Positions 1 through 11,910 of a DNA stretch of 60,945 bases are shown here, piece after piece. Within the stretch, counting starts at the first letter, position 1; every line of letters starts with the position of its first letter. The position numbers and the translations under genes are program-made. Source of the stretch: Nemertoderma westbladi (taxonomy: Eukaryota; Animalia; Xenacoelomorpha); contig JAUCBJ010003500.1 of the NCBI GenBank assembly GCA_032718475.1, forward strand, positions 1 through 60,945, read 5' to 3'. The notes below the pieces were generated by a model. That model searched no databases. It was not told the origin of the DNA and was given only the letters and a program-made list of their open reading frames with translations.

Positions 1-3000
1 AGAAAGTTATATAGTGGGTTCGTAGACGGTGAGCAAGTTATATAGTGGGTTCGTAGACTGAGAGTAAGTTATATAGGGGGTTCGTAGACTGAGAGTAAGT
101 TATATAGTGGGTTCGTAGACGGAGAGCAAGTTATATAGTGGGTTCGTAGACTGAGAGTAAGTTATATAGGGGGTTCGTAGACTGAGAGCAAGTTATATAG
201 TTGGTTCGTAGACTGAGAGTAAGTTATATAGGGGGTTCGTAGACTGAGAGCAAGTTATATAGTTGGTTCGTAGACTGAGAGTAAGTTATATAGGGGGTTC
301 GTAGACGGAGAGCAAGTTATATAGGGGGTTCGTAGACTGGGAGCAAGTTATATAGTGGGTTCGTAGACAGAGAGCAAGTTATATAGTGGGTTCGTAGACT
401 GAGAGCAAGTTATATAGTGGGTTCGTAGACTGAGAGTAAGTTATATAGTGGGTTCGTAGACGGAGAGCAAGTTATATAGTGGGTTCGTAGACTGAGAGCA
501 AGTTATATAGTGGGTTCGTAGACTGAGAGCAAGTTATATAGTGGGTTCGTAGACTGAAAGCAAGTTATATAGTGGGTTCGTAGACTGAGAGCAAGTTATA
601 TAGTGGGTTCGTAGACGGAGAGCAAGTTATGTAGTGGGTTCGTAGATTGATATCAAGTTATATAGTGGGTTCGTAGACTGAGAGCAAGTTATATAGTGGG
701 TTCGTAGACTGAGAGCAAGTTATATAGTGGGTTCGTAGACGGAGAGCAAGTTATATAGTGGGTTCGTAGACTGAGAGCAAGTTATATAGTGGGTTCGTAG
801 ACTGAAAGCAAGTTATATAGTGGGTTCGTAGACTGAGAGCAAGTCATATAGTGGGTTCGTAGACTGTGAGCAAGTTATATAGTGGGTTTGTAGACTGAGA
901 GCAAGTTATATAGTGGGTTCGTAGACTGAGAGCAAGTTATATAGTGGGTTCGTAGACTGAGAGCAAGTTATATAGTGGGTTCGTAGACTGAAAGCAAGTT
1001 ATATAGTGGGTTCGTAGACTGAGAGCAAGTCATATAGTGGGTTCGTAGACTGAGAGCAAGTTATATAGTGGGTTCGTAGACTGAGAGCAAGTTATATAGT
1101 GGGTTCGTAGACTGAGAGCAAGTTATATAGTGGGTTCGTAGACGGAGAGCAAGTTATATAGTGGGTTCGTAGACTGAGAGCAAGTTATATAGTGGGTTCG
1201 TAGACTGAAAGCAAGTTATATAGTGGGTTCGTAGACTGAGAGCAAGTCATATAGTGGGTTCGTAGACTGAGAGCAAGTTATATAGTGGGTTCGTAGACTG
1301 AGAGCAAGTTATATAGTGGGTTCGTAGACGGAGAGCAAGTTATATAGGGGGTTCGTAGCCTGGGAGCAAGTTATATAGTGGGTTCGTAGACGGAGAGCAA
1401 GTTATATAGTGGGTTCGTAGACGGAGAGCAAGTTATATAGTGGGTTCGTAGACGGAGAGCAAGTTATATAGTGGGTTCGTAGACGGAGAGCAAGTTATAT
1501 AGTGGGTTCGTAGACTGATAGAAAGTTATATAGTGGGTTCGTTGACTGAGAGCAAGTTATATAGTGGGTTCGTAGACTGAGAGCAAGTTATATAGTGGGT
1601 TCGTAGACTGAGAGCAAGTTATATAGTGGGTTCGTAGACGGAGAGCAAGTTATATAGTGGGTTCGTAGACTGAGAGCAAGTTATATAGTGGGTTCGTAGA
1701 CTGATAGAAAGTTATATAGTGGGTTCGTAGACGGAGAGCAAGTTATATAGTGGGTTCGTAGACGGAGAGCAAGTTATATAGTGGGTTCGTAGACTGATAG
1801 AAAGTTATATAGTGGGTTCGTAGACGGAGAGCAAGTTATATAGTGGGTTCGTAGACTGATAGAAAGTTATATAGTGGGTTCGTAGACGGAGAGCAAGTTA
1901 TATAGTGGGTTCATAGACGGAGAGCAAGTTATATAGTGGGTTCGTAGACGGAGAGCAAGTTATATAGTGGGTTCGTAGACGGAGAGCAAGTTATATAGTG
2001 GGTTCGTAGACGGAGAGCAAGTTATATAGTGGGTTCGTAGACTGAGAGCAAGTTATATAGTGGGTTCGTAGACTGAGAGCAAGTTATATAGTGGGTTCGT
2101 AGACTGAGAGCAAGTTATATAGTGGGTTCGTAGACTGAGAGCAAGTTATATAGTGGGTTCGTAGACGGAGAGCAAGTTATATAGGGGGTTCGTAGACTGG
2201 GAGCAAGTTATATAGTGGGTTCGTAGACTGAGAGCAAGTTATATAGGGGGTTCGTAGACTGAGAGCAAGTTATATAGTGGGTTCGTAGACTGAGAGAAAG
2301 TTATATAGTGGGTTTGTAGACTGAGAGCAAGTTATATAGTGGGTTCGTAGACGGAGAGCAAGTTATATAGTGGGTTCGTAGACTGATAGAAAGTTATATA
2401 GTGGGTTCGTAGACGGAGAGCAAGTTATATAGTGGGTTCGTAGACGGAGAGCAAGTTATATAGTGGGTTCGTAGAATGATAGAAAGTTATATAGTGGGTT
2501 CGTAGACGGAGAGCAAGTTATATAGTGGGTTCGTAGACGGAGAGCAAGTTATATAGTGGGTTCGTAGACGGAGAGCAAGTTATATAGTGGGTTCGTAGAC
2601 GGAGAGCAAGTTATATAGTGGGTTCGTAGACTGATAGAAAGTTATATAGTGGGTTCGTAGACGGAGAGCAAGTTATATAGTGGGTTCGTAGACTGATAGA
2701 AAGTTATATAGTGGGTTCGTAGACGGAGAGCAAGTTATATAGTGGGTTCGTAGACTGATAGAAAGTTATATAGTGGGTTCGTAGACGGAGAGCAAGTTAT
2801 ATAGTGGGTTCGTAGACGGAGAGCAAGTTATATAGTGGGTTCGTAGACGGAGAGCAAGTTATATAGTGGGTTCGTAGACGGAGAGCAAGTTATATAGTGG
2901 GTTCGTAGACGGAGAGCAAGTTATATAGTGGGTTCGTAGAATGATAGAAAGTTATATAGTGGGTTCGTTGACTGAGAGCAAGTTATATAGTGGGTTCGTA

Positions 3001-6000
3001 GACTGAGAGCAAGTTATATAGTGGGTTCGTAGACTGAGAGCAAGTTATATAGTGGGTTCGTAGACGGAGAGCAAGTTATATAGTGGGTTCGTAGACTGAG
3101 AGCAAGTTATATAGTGGGTTCGTAGACTGATAGAAAGTTATATAGTGGGTTCGTAGACGGAGAGCAAGTTATATAGTGGGTTCGTAGACTGATAGAAAGT
3201 TATATAGTGGGTTCGTAGACGGAGAGCAAGTTATATAGGGGGTTCGTAGCCTGGGAGCAAGTTATATAGTGGGTTCGTAGACTGGGAGCAAGTTATATAG
3301 TGGGTTCGTAGACGGAGAGCAAGTTATATAGGGGGTTCGTAGCCTGGGAGCAAGTTATATAGTGGGTTCGTAGACGGAGAGCAAGTTATATAGGGGGTTC
3401 GTAGCCTGGGAGCAAGTTATATAGTGGGTTCGTAGACTGAAAGCAAGTTATATAGTGGGTTCGTAGACTGAGAGCAAGTTATATAGTGGGTTCGTAGACG
3501 GAGAGCAAGTTATGTAGTGGGTTCGTAGATTGATATCAAGTTATATAGTGGGTTCGTAGACGGAGAGCAAGTTATATAGGGGGTTCGTAGCCTGGGAGCA
3601 AGTTATATAGTGGGTTCGTAGACTGAGAGCAAGTTATATAGTGGGTTCGTAGACGGAGAGCAAGTTATATAGGGGGTTCGTAGCCTGGGAGCAAGTTATA
3701 TAGTGGGTTCGTAGACGGAGAGCAAGTTATATAGTGGGTTCGTAGACGGAGAGCAAGTTATATAGTGGGTTCGTAGACGGAGAGCAAGTTATATAGTGGG
3801 TTCGTAGACTGATAGAAAGTTATATAGTGGGTTCGTTGACTGAGAGCAAGTTATATAGTGGGTTCGTAGACTGAGAGCAAGTTATATAGTGGGTTCGTAG
3901 ACTGAGAGCAAGTTATATAGTGGGTTCGTAGACGGAGAGCAAGTTATATAGTGGGTTCGTAGACTGAGAGCAAGTTATATAGTGGGTTCGTAGACTGAGA
4001 GCAAGTTATATAGTGGGTTCGTAGACGGAGAGCAAGTTATATAGTGGGTTCGTAGACTGAGAGCAAGTTATATAGTGGGTTCGTAGACTGATAGAAAGTT
4101 ATATAGTGGGTTCGTAGACGGAGAGCAAGTTATATAGTGGGTTCGTAGACGGAGAGCAAGTTATATAGTGGGTTCGTAGACTGATAGAAAGTTATATAGT
4201 GGGTTCGTAGACGGAGAGCAAGTTATATAGTGGGTTCGTAGACTGATAGAAAGTTATATAGTGGGTTCGTAGACGGAGAGCAAGTTATATAGTGGGTTCG
4301 TAGACGGAGAGCAAGTTATATAGTGGGTTCGTAGACGGAGAGCAAGTTATATAGTGGGTTCGTAGACGGAGAGCAAGTTATATAGTGGGTTCGTAGACGG
4401 AGAGCAAGTTATATAGTGGGTTCGTAGACTGATAGAAAGTTATATAGTGGGTTCGTTGACTGAGAGCAAGTTATATAGTGGGTTCGTAGACGGAGAGCAA
4501 GTTATATAGTGGGTTCGTTGACTGAGAGCAAGTTATATAGTGGGTTCGTAGACGGAGAGCAAGTTATATAGTGGGTTCGTAGACTGAGAGCAAGTTATAT
4601 AGTGGGTTCGTAGACTGAGAGCAAGTTATATAGTGGGTTCGTAGACTGAGAGCAAGTTATATAGTGGGTTCGTAGACGGAGAGCAAGTTATATAGTGGGT
4701 TCGTAGACTGAGAGCAAGTTATATAGTGGGTTCGTAGACTGATAGAAAGTTATATAGTGGGTTCGTAGACGGTGAGCAAGTTATATAGTGGGTTCGTAGA
4801 CTGAGAGTAAGTTATATAGGGGGTTCGTAGACTGAGAGTAAGTTATATAGTGGGTTCGTAGACGGAGAGCAAGTTATATAGTGGGTTCGTAGACTGAGAG
4901 TAAGTTATATAGGGGGTTCGTAGACTGAGAGCAAGTTATATAGTTGGTTCGTAGACTGAGAGTAAGTTATATAGGGGGTTCGTAGACTGAGAGCAAGTTA
5001 TATAGTTGGTTCGTAGACTGAGAGTAAGTTATATAGGGGGTTCGTAGACGGAGAGCAAGTTATATAGGGGGTTCGTAGACTGGGAGCAAGTTATATAGTG
5101 GGTTCGTAGACAGAGAGCAAGTTATATAGTGGGTTCGTAGACTGAGAGCAAGTTATATAGTGGGTTCGTAGACTGAGAGTAAGTTATATAGTGGGTTCGT
5201 AGACGGAGAGCAAGTTATATAGTGGGTTCGTAGACTGAGAGCAAGTTATATAGTGGGTTCGTAGACTGAGAGCAAGTTATATAGTGGGTTCGTAGACTGA
5301 AAGCAAGTTATATAGTGGGTTCGTAGACTGAGAGCAAGTTATATAGTGGGTTCGTAGACGGAGAGCAAGTTATGTAGTGGGTTCGTAGATTGATATCAAG
5401 TTATATAGTGGGTTCGTAGACTGAGAGCAAGTTATATAGTGGGTTCGTAGACTGAGAGCAAGTTATATAGTGGGTTCGTAGACGGAGAGCAAGTTATATA
5501 GTGGGTTCGTAGACTGAGAGCAAGTTATATAGTGGGTTCGTAGACTGAAAGCAAGTTATATAGTGGGTTCGTAGACTGAGAGCAAGTCATATAGTGGGTT
5601 CGTAGACTGTGAGCAAGTTATATAGTGGGTTTGTAGACTGAGAGCAAGTTATATAGTGGGTTCGTAGACTGAGAGCAAGTTATATAGTGGGTTCGTAGAC
5701 TGAGAGCAAGTTATATAGTGGGTTCGTAGACTGAAAGCAAGTTATATAGTGGGTTCGTAGACTGAGAGCAAGTCATATAGTGGGTTCGTAGACTGAGAGC
5801 AAGTTATATAGTGGGTTCGTAGACTGAGAGCAAGTTATATAGTGGGTTCGTAGACTGAGAGCAAGTTATATAGTGGGTTCGTAGACGGAGAGCAAGTTAT
5901 ATAGTGGGTTCGTAGACTGAGAGCAAGTTATATAGTGGGTTCGTAGACTGAAAGCAAGTTATATAGTGGGTTCGTAGACTGAGAGCAAGTCATATAGTGG

Positions 6001-9000
6001 GTTCGTAGACTGAGAGCAAGTTATATAGTGGGTTCGTAGACTGAGAGCAAGTTATATAGTGGGTTCGTAGACGGAGAGCAAGTTATATAGGGGGTTCGTA
6101 GCCTGGGAGCAAGTTATATAGTGGGTTCGTAGACGGAGAGCAAGTTATATAGTGGGTTCGTAGACGGAGAGCAAGTTATATAGTGGGTTCGTAGACGGAG
6201 AGCAAGTTATATAGTGGGTTCGTAGACGGAGAGCAAGTTATATAGTGGGTTCGTAGACTGATAGAAAGTTATATAGTGGGTTCGTTGACTGAGAGCAAGT
6301 TATATAGTGGGTTCGTAGACTGAGAGCAAGTTATATAGTGGGTTCGTAGACTGAGAGCAAGTTATATAGTGGGTTCGTAGACGGAGAGCAAGTTATATAG
6401 TGGGTTCGTAGACTGAGAGCAAGTTATATAGTGGGTTCGTAGACTGATAGAAAGTTATATAGTGGGTTCGTAGACGGAGAGCAAGTTATATAGTGGGTTC
6501 GTAGACGGAGAGCAAGTTATATAGTGGGTTCGTAGACTGATAGAAAGTTATATAGTGGGTTCGTAGACGGAGAGCAAGTTATATAGTGGGTTCGTAGACT
6601 GATAGAAAGTTATATAGTGGGTTCGTAGACGGAGAGCAAGTTATATAGTGGGTTCATAGACGGAGAGCAAGTTATATAGTGGGTTCGTAGACGGAGAGCA
6701 AGTTATATAGTGGGTTCGTAGACGGAGAGCAAGTTATATAGTGGGTTCGTAGACGGAGAGCAAGTTATATAGTGGGTTCGTAGACTGAGAGCAAGTTATA
6801 TAGTGGGTTCGTAGACTGAGAGCAAGTTATATAGTGGGTTCGTAGACTGAGAGCAAGTTATATAGTGGGTTCGTAGACTGAGAGCAAGTTATATAGTGGG
6901 TTCGTAGACGGAGAGCAAGTTATATAGGGGGTTCGTAGACTGGGAGCAAGTTATATAGTGGGTTCGTAGACTGAGAGCAAGTTATATAGGGGGTTCGTAG
7001 ACTGAGAGCAAGTTATATAGTGGGTTCGTAGACTGAGAGAAAGTTATATAGTGGGTTTGTAGACTGAGAGCAAGTTATATAGTGGGTTCGTAGACGGAGA
7101 GCAAGTTATATAGTGGGTTCGTAGACTGATAGAAAGTTATATAGTGGGTTCGTAGACGGAGAGCAAGTTATATAGTGGGTTCGTAGACGGAGAGCAAGTT
7201 ATATAGTGGGTTCGTAGAATGATAGAAAGTTATATAGTGGGTTCGTAGACGGAGAGCAAGTTATATAGTGGGTTCGTAGACGGAGAGCAAGTTATATAGT
7301 GGGTTCGTAGACGGAGAGCAAGTTATATAGTGGGTTCGTAGACGGAGAGCAAGTTATATAGTGGGTTCGTAGACTGATAGAAAGTTATATAGTGGGTTCG
7401 TAGACGGAGAGCAAGTTATATAGTGGGTTCGTAGACTGATAGAAAGTTATATAGTGGGTTCGTAGACGGAGAGCAAGTTATATAGTGGGTTCGTAGACTG
7501 ATAGAAAGTTATATAGTGGGTTCGTAGACGGAGAGCAAGTTATATAGTGGGTTCGTAGACGGAGAGCAAGTTATATAGTGGGTTCGTAGACGGAGAGCAA
7601 GTTATATAGTGGGTTCGTAGACGGAGAGCAAGTTATATAGTGGGTTCGTAGACGGAGAGCAAGTTATATAGTGGGTTCGTAGAATGATAGAAAGTTATAT
7701 AGTGGGTTCGTTGACTGAGAGCAAGTTATATAGTGGGTTCGTAGACTGAGAGCAAGTTATATAGTGGGTTCGTAGACTGAGAGCAAGTTATATAGTGGGT
7801 TCGTAGACGGAGAGCAAGTTATATAGTGGGTTCGTAGACTGAGAGCAAGTTATATAGTGGGTTCGTAGACTGATAGAAAGTTATATAGTGGGTTCGTAGA
7901 CGGAGAGCAAGTTATATAGTGGGTTCGTAGACTGATAGAAAGTTATATAGTGGGTTCGTAGACGGAGAGCAAGTTATATAGTGGGTTCGTAGACTGAGAG
8001 CAAGTTATATAGTGGGTTCGTAGACGGAGAGCAAGTTATATAGGGGGTTCGTAGACTGGGAGCAAGTTATATAGTGGGTTCGTAGACTGAGAGTAAGTTA
8101 TATAGTGGGTTCGTAGACGGTGAGCAAGTTATATAGTGGGTTCGTAGACTGAGAGTAAGTTATATAGGGGGTTCGTAGACTGAGAGTAAGTTATATAGTG
8201 GGTTCGTAGACTGAGAGCAAGTTATATAGTGGGTTCGTAGACTGAGAGCAAGTTATATAGTGGGTTCGTAGACTGAGAGCAAGTTATATAGTGGGTTCGT
8301 AGACTGAGAGCAAGTTATATAGTGGGTTCGTAGACAGAGAGCAAGTTATATAGTGGGTTCGTAGACTGAGAGCAAGTTATATAGTGGGTTCGTAGACTGA
8401 GAGTAAGTTATATAGTGGGTTCGTAGACGGAGAGCAAGTTATATAGTGGGTTCGTAGACTGAGAGCAAGTTATATAGTGGGTTCGTAGACTGAGAGCAAG
8501 TTATATAGTGGGTTCGTAGACTGAGGAGCAAGTTATATAGTGGGTTCGTAGACAGAGAGTAAGTTATATAGTGGGTTCGTAGACGGAGAGCAAGTTATAT
8601 AGTGGGTTTGTAGACTGAGAGCAAGTTATATAGTGGGTTCGTAGACTGAGAGCAAGTTATATAGTGGGTTCGTAGACGGAGAGCAAGTTATGTAGTGGGT
8701 TCGTAGATTGATATCAAGTTATATAGTGGGTTCGTAGACTGAGAGCAAGTTATATAGTGGGTTCGTAGACTGAGAGCAAGTTATATAGTGGGTTCGTAGA
8801 CGGAGAGCAAGTTATATAGTGGGTTCGTAGACTGAGAGCAAGTTATATAGTGGGTTCGTAGACTGAGAGCAAGTTATATAGTGGGTTCGTAGACTGAGAG
8901 CAAGTTATATAGTGGGTTCGTAGACTGAGAGCAAGTTATATAGTGGGTTCGTAGACTGAAAGCAAGTTATATAGTGGGTTCGTAGACTGAGAGCAAGTCA

Positions 9001-11561
9001 TATAGTGGGTTCGTAGACTGAGAGCAAGTTATATAGTGGGTTCGTAGACTGAGAGCAAGTTATATAGTGGGTTCGTAGACTGAGAGCAAGTTATATAGTG
9101 GGTTCGTAGACGGAGAGCAAGTTATATAGTGGGTTCGTAGACTGAGAGCAAGTTATATAGTGGGTTCGTAGACTGAAAGCAAGTTATATAGTGGGTTCGT
9201 AGACTGAGAGCAAGTCATATAGTGGGTTCGTAGACTGAGAGCAAGTTATATAGTGGGTTCGTAGACTGAGAGCAAGTTATATAGTGGGTTCGTAGACGGA
9301 GAGCAAGTTATATAGGGGGTTCGTAGCCTGGGAGCAAGCTATATAGTGGGTTCGTAGACTGAGAGTAAGTTATATAGTGGGTTCGTAGACTGAAAGCAAG
9401 TTATATAGTGGGTTCGTAGACTGAGAGCAAGTTATATAGTGGGTTCGTAGACGGAGAGCAAGTTATGTAGTGGGTTCGTAGATTGATATCAAGTTATATA
9501 GTGGGTTCGTAGACGGAGAGCAAGTTATATAGGGGGTTCGTAGCCTGGGAGCAAGTTATATAGTGGGTTCGTAGACTGGGAGCAAGTTATATAGTGGGTT
9601 CGTAGACGGAGAGCAAGTTATATAGGGGGTTCGTAGCCTGGGAGCAAGTTATATAGTGGGTTCGTAGACGGAGAGCAAGTTATATAGGGGGTTCGTGGCC
9701 TGGGAGCAAGTTATATAGTGGGTTCGTAGACTGAAAGCAAGTTATATAGTGGGTTCGTAGACTGAGAGCAAGTTATATAGTGGGTTCGTAGACGGAGAGC
9801 AAGTTATGTAGTGGGTTCGTAGATTGATATCAAGTTATATAGTGGGTTCGTAGACTGAGAGCAAGTTATATAGTGGGTTCGTAGACGGAGAGCAAGTTAT
9901 ATAGGGGGTTCGTAGCCTGGGAGCAAGTTATATAGTGGGTTCGTAGACTGAGAGCAAGTTATATAGTGGGTTCGTAGACGGAGAGCAAGTTATATAGGGG
10001 GTTCGTAGCCTGGGAGCAAGTTATATAGTGGGTTCGTAGACGGAGAGCAAGTTATATAGTGGGTTCGTAGACGGAGAGCAAGTTATATAGTGGGTTCGTA
10101 GACGGAGAGCAAGTTATATAGTGGGTTCGTAGACTGAGAGCAAGTTATATAGTGGGTTCGTAGACGGAGAGCAAGTTATGTAGTGGGTTCGTAGATTGAT
10201 ATCAAGTTATATAGTGGGTTCGTAGACTGAGAGCAAGTTATATAGTGGGTTAGTAGACGGAGAGCAAGTTATATAGGGGGTTCGTAGCCTGGGAGCAAGT
10301 TATATAGTGGGTTCGTAGACTGAGAGCAAGTTATATAGTGGGTTCGTAGACGGAGAGCAAGTTATATAGGGGGTTCGTAGCCTGGGAGCAAGTTATATAG
10401 TGGGTTCGTAGACGGAGAGCAAGTTATATAGGGGGTTCGTAGCCTGGGAGCAAGTTATATAGTGGGTTCGTAGACTGAAAGCAAGTTATATAGTGGGTTC
10501 GTAGACTGAGAGCAACTTATATAGTGGGTTCGTAGACGGAGAGCATGTTATGTAGTGGGTTCGTAGATTGATATCAAGTTATATAGTGGGTTCGTAGACT
10601 GAGAGCAAGTTATATAGTGGGTTCGTAGACGGAGAGCAAGTTATATAGGGGGTTCCTAGCCTGGGAGCAAGTTATATAGTGGGTTCGTAGACTGGGAGCA
10701 AGTTATATAGTGGGTTCGTAGACCTAGAGCAAGTTATATAGTGGGTTCGTAGACTGGGAGCAAGTTATATAGAGGGTTCGTAGACGGAGTGCAAGTTATA
10801 TAGGGGGTTCGTAGCCTGGGAGCAAGTTATATAGTGGGTTCGTAGACTGAGAGCAAGTTATATAGTGGGTTCGTAGACTGAGAGCAATTCATATAGTGGG
10901 TTCGTAGACTGAGAGCAAGTTATATAGTGGGTTTGTAGACTGAGAGCAAGTTATATAGTGGGTTCGTAGACTGAGAGCAAGTTATATAGTGGGTTCGTAG
11001 ACTGAGAGCAAGTTATATAGTGGGTTTGTAGACTGAGAGCAAGTTATATAGTGGGTTCGTAGACGGAGAGCAAGTTATATAGTGGGTTAGTAGCCTGGGA
11101 GCAAGTTATATAGTGGGTTCGTAGACTGAGAGCAAGTTATATAGTGGGTTCGTAGACTGGGAGCAAGTTATGTAGTGGGTTCTTAGACTGAGAGCAAGTT
11201 ATATAGTGGGTTCGTTGACTGAGAGCAAGTTATATAGTGGGTTCGTAGACGGAGAGCAAGTTATATAGTGGGTTCGTAGACTGAGAGCAAGTTATATAGT
11301 GGGTTTGTAGACTGAGAGCAAGTTATGTAGTGGGTTCGTAGACTGGGAGCAAGTTATATAGTGGGTTCGTAGACTGAGAGCAAGTTATATAGTGGGTTCG
11401 TAGACGGAGTGTAAGTTATATAGGGGGTTCGTAGCCTGGGAGCAAGTTATATAGTGGGTTCGTAGACTGAGAGCAAGTTATATAGTGGGTTCGTAGACTG
11501 GGAGCAAGTTATATAGTGGGTTCGTAGACTGAGAGCAAGTTATATAGTGGGTTCGTTGACT
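1..11561. repeat. 31-bp tandem satellite, consensus GAGAGCAAGTTATATAGTGGGTTCGTAGACT/G, about 370 copies, left end outside the window
   Basis: Strict 31-bp periodicity with recurrent variants (GACGG/GACTG, GATAGAAAG, GGGGG+GCCTGG, ATGTAG+ATTGATATC). One 1-bp insertion near 8525. Confidence 0.99.
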
Positions 11562-11910
11562 TTCAGAAAGCTTTTGATCAGCAGGGGTTGGATGCACTGT
11601 GGGTAAAAGGGAGATCTTTGGGATTCACTGTTATCGTAAATAAAATAAGACGTAGTTAAGAGTTTGTAAAAAGACTTGTCAAGTGGGTGGTGGGGTATTG
11701 GAAATATACGACTGTTTGCTAGGCGTGTTACAAGGTGACTCATTGCCTTTCACCTATTATATATATTATGTTTTTGAAAGATCTCGAAGCAGAACTTATA
11801 CTGGGTGGGGTTAAAGGGATAACTTTGGACTATGCGAACTGATTCCTTCTACCCTATGCCGACGATTTGGTTACAGAGTTACACAAACTTTACAAAGGGT
11901 TACAAAAACA
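11537..11910 (+). pseudogene. Highly decayed non-LTR retrotransposon reverse-transcriptase core (motifs 3-5)
   Basis: Manual translation across frameshifts and stops: KLYSGFVDFQKAFD..DALWVKGRSLGF..IRRS*EFVKRLVK / YDCLLGVLQGDSLP / DLEAELILGGVKGITLDYAN*FLLPYADDLV..KGLQ. Three RT motifs in the correct order and spacing. Confidence 0.85.
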
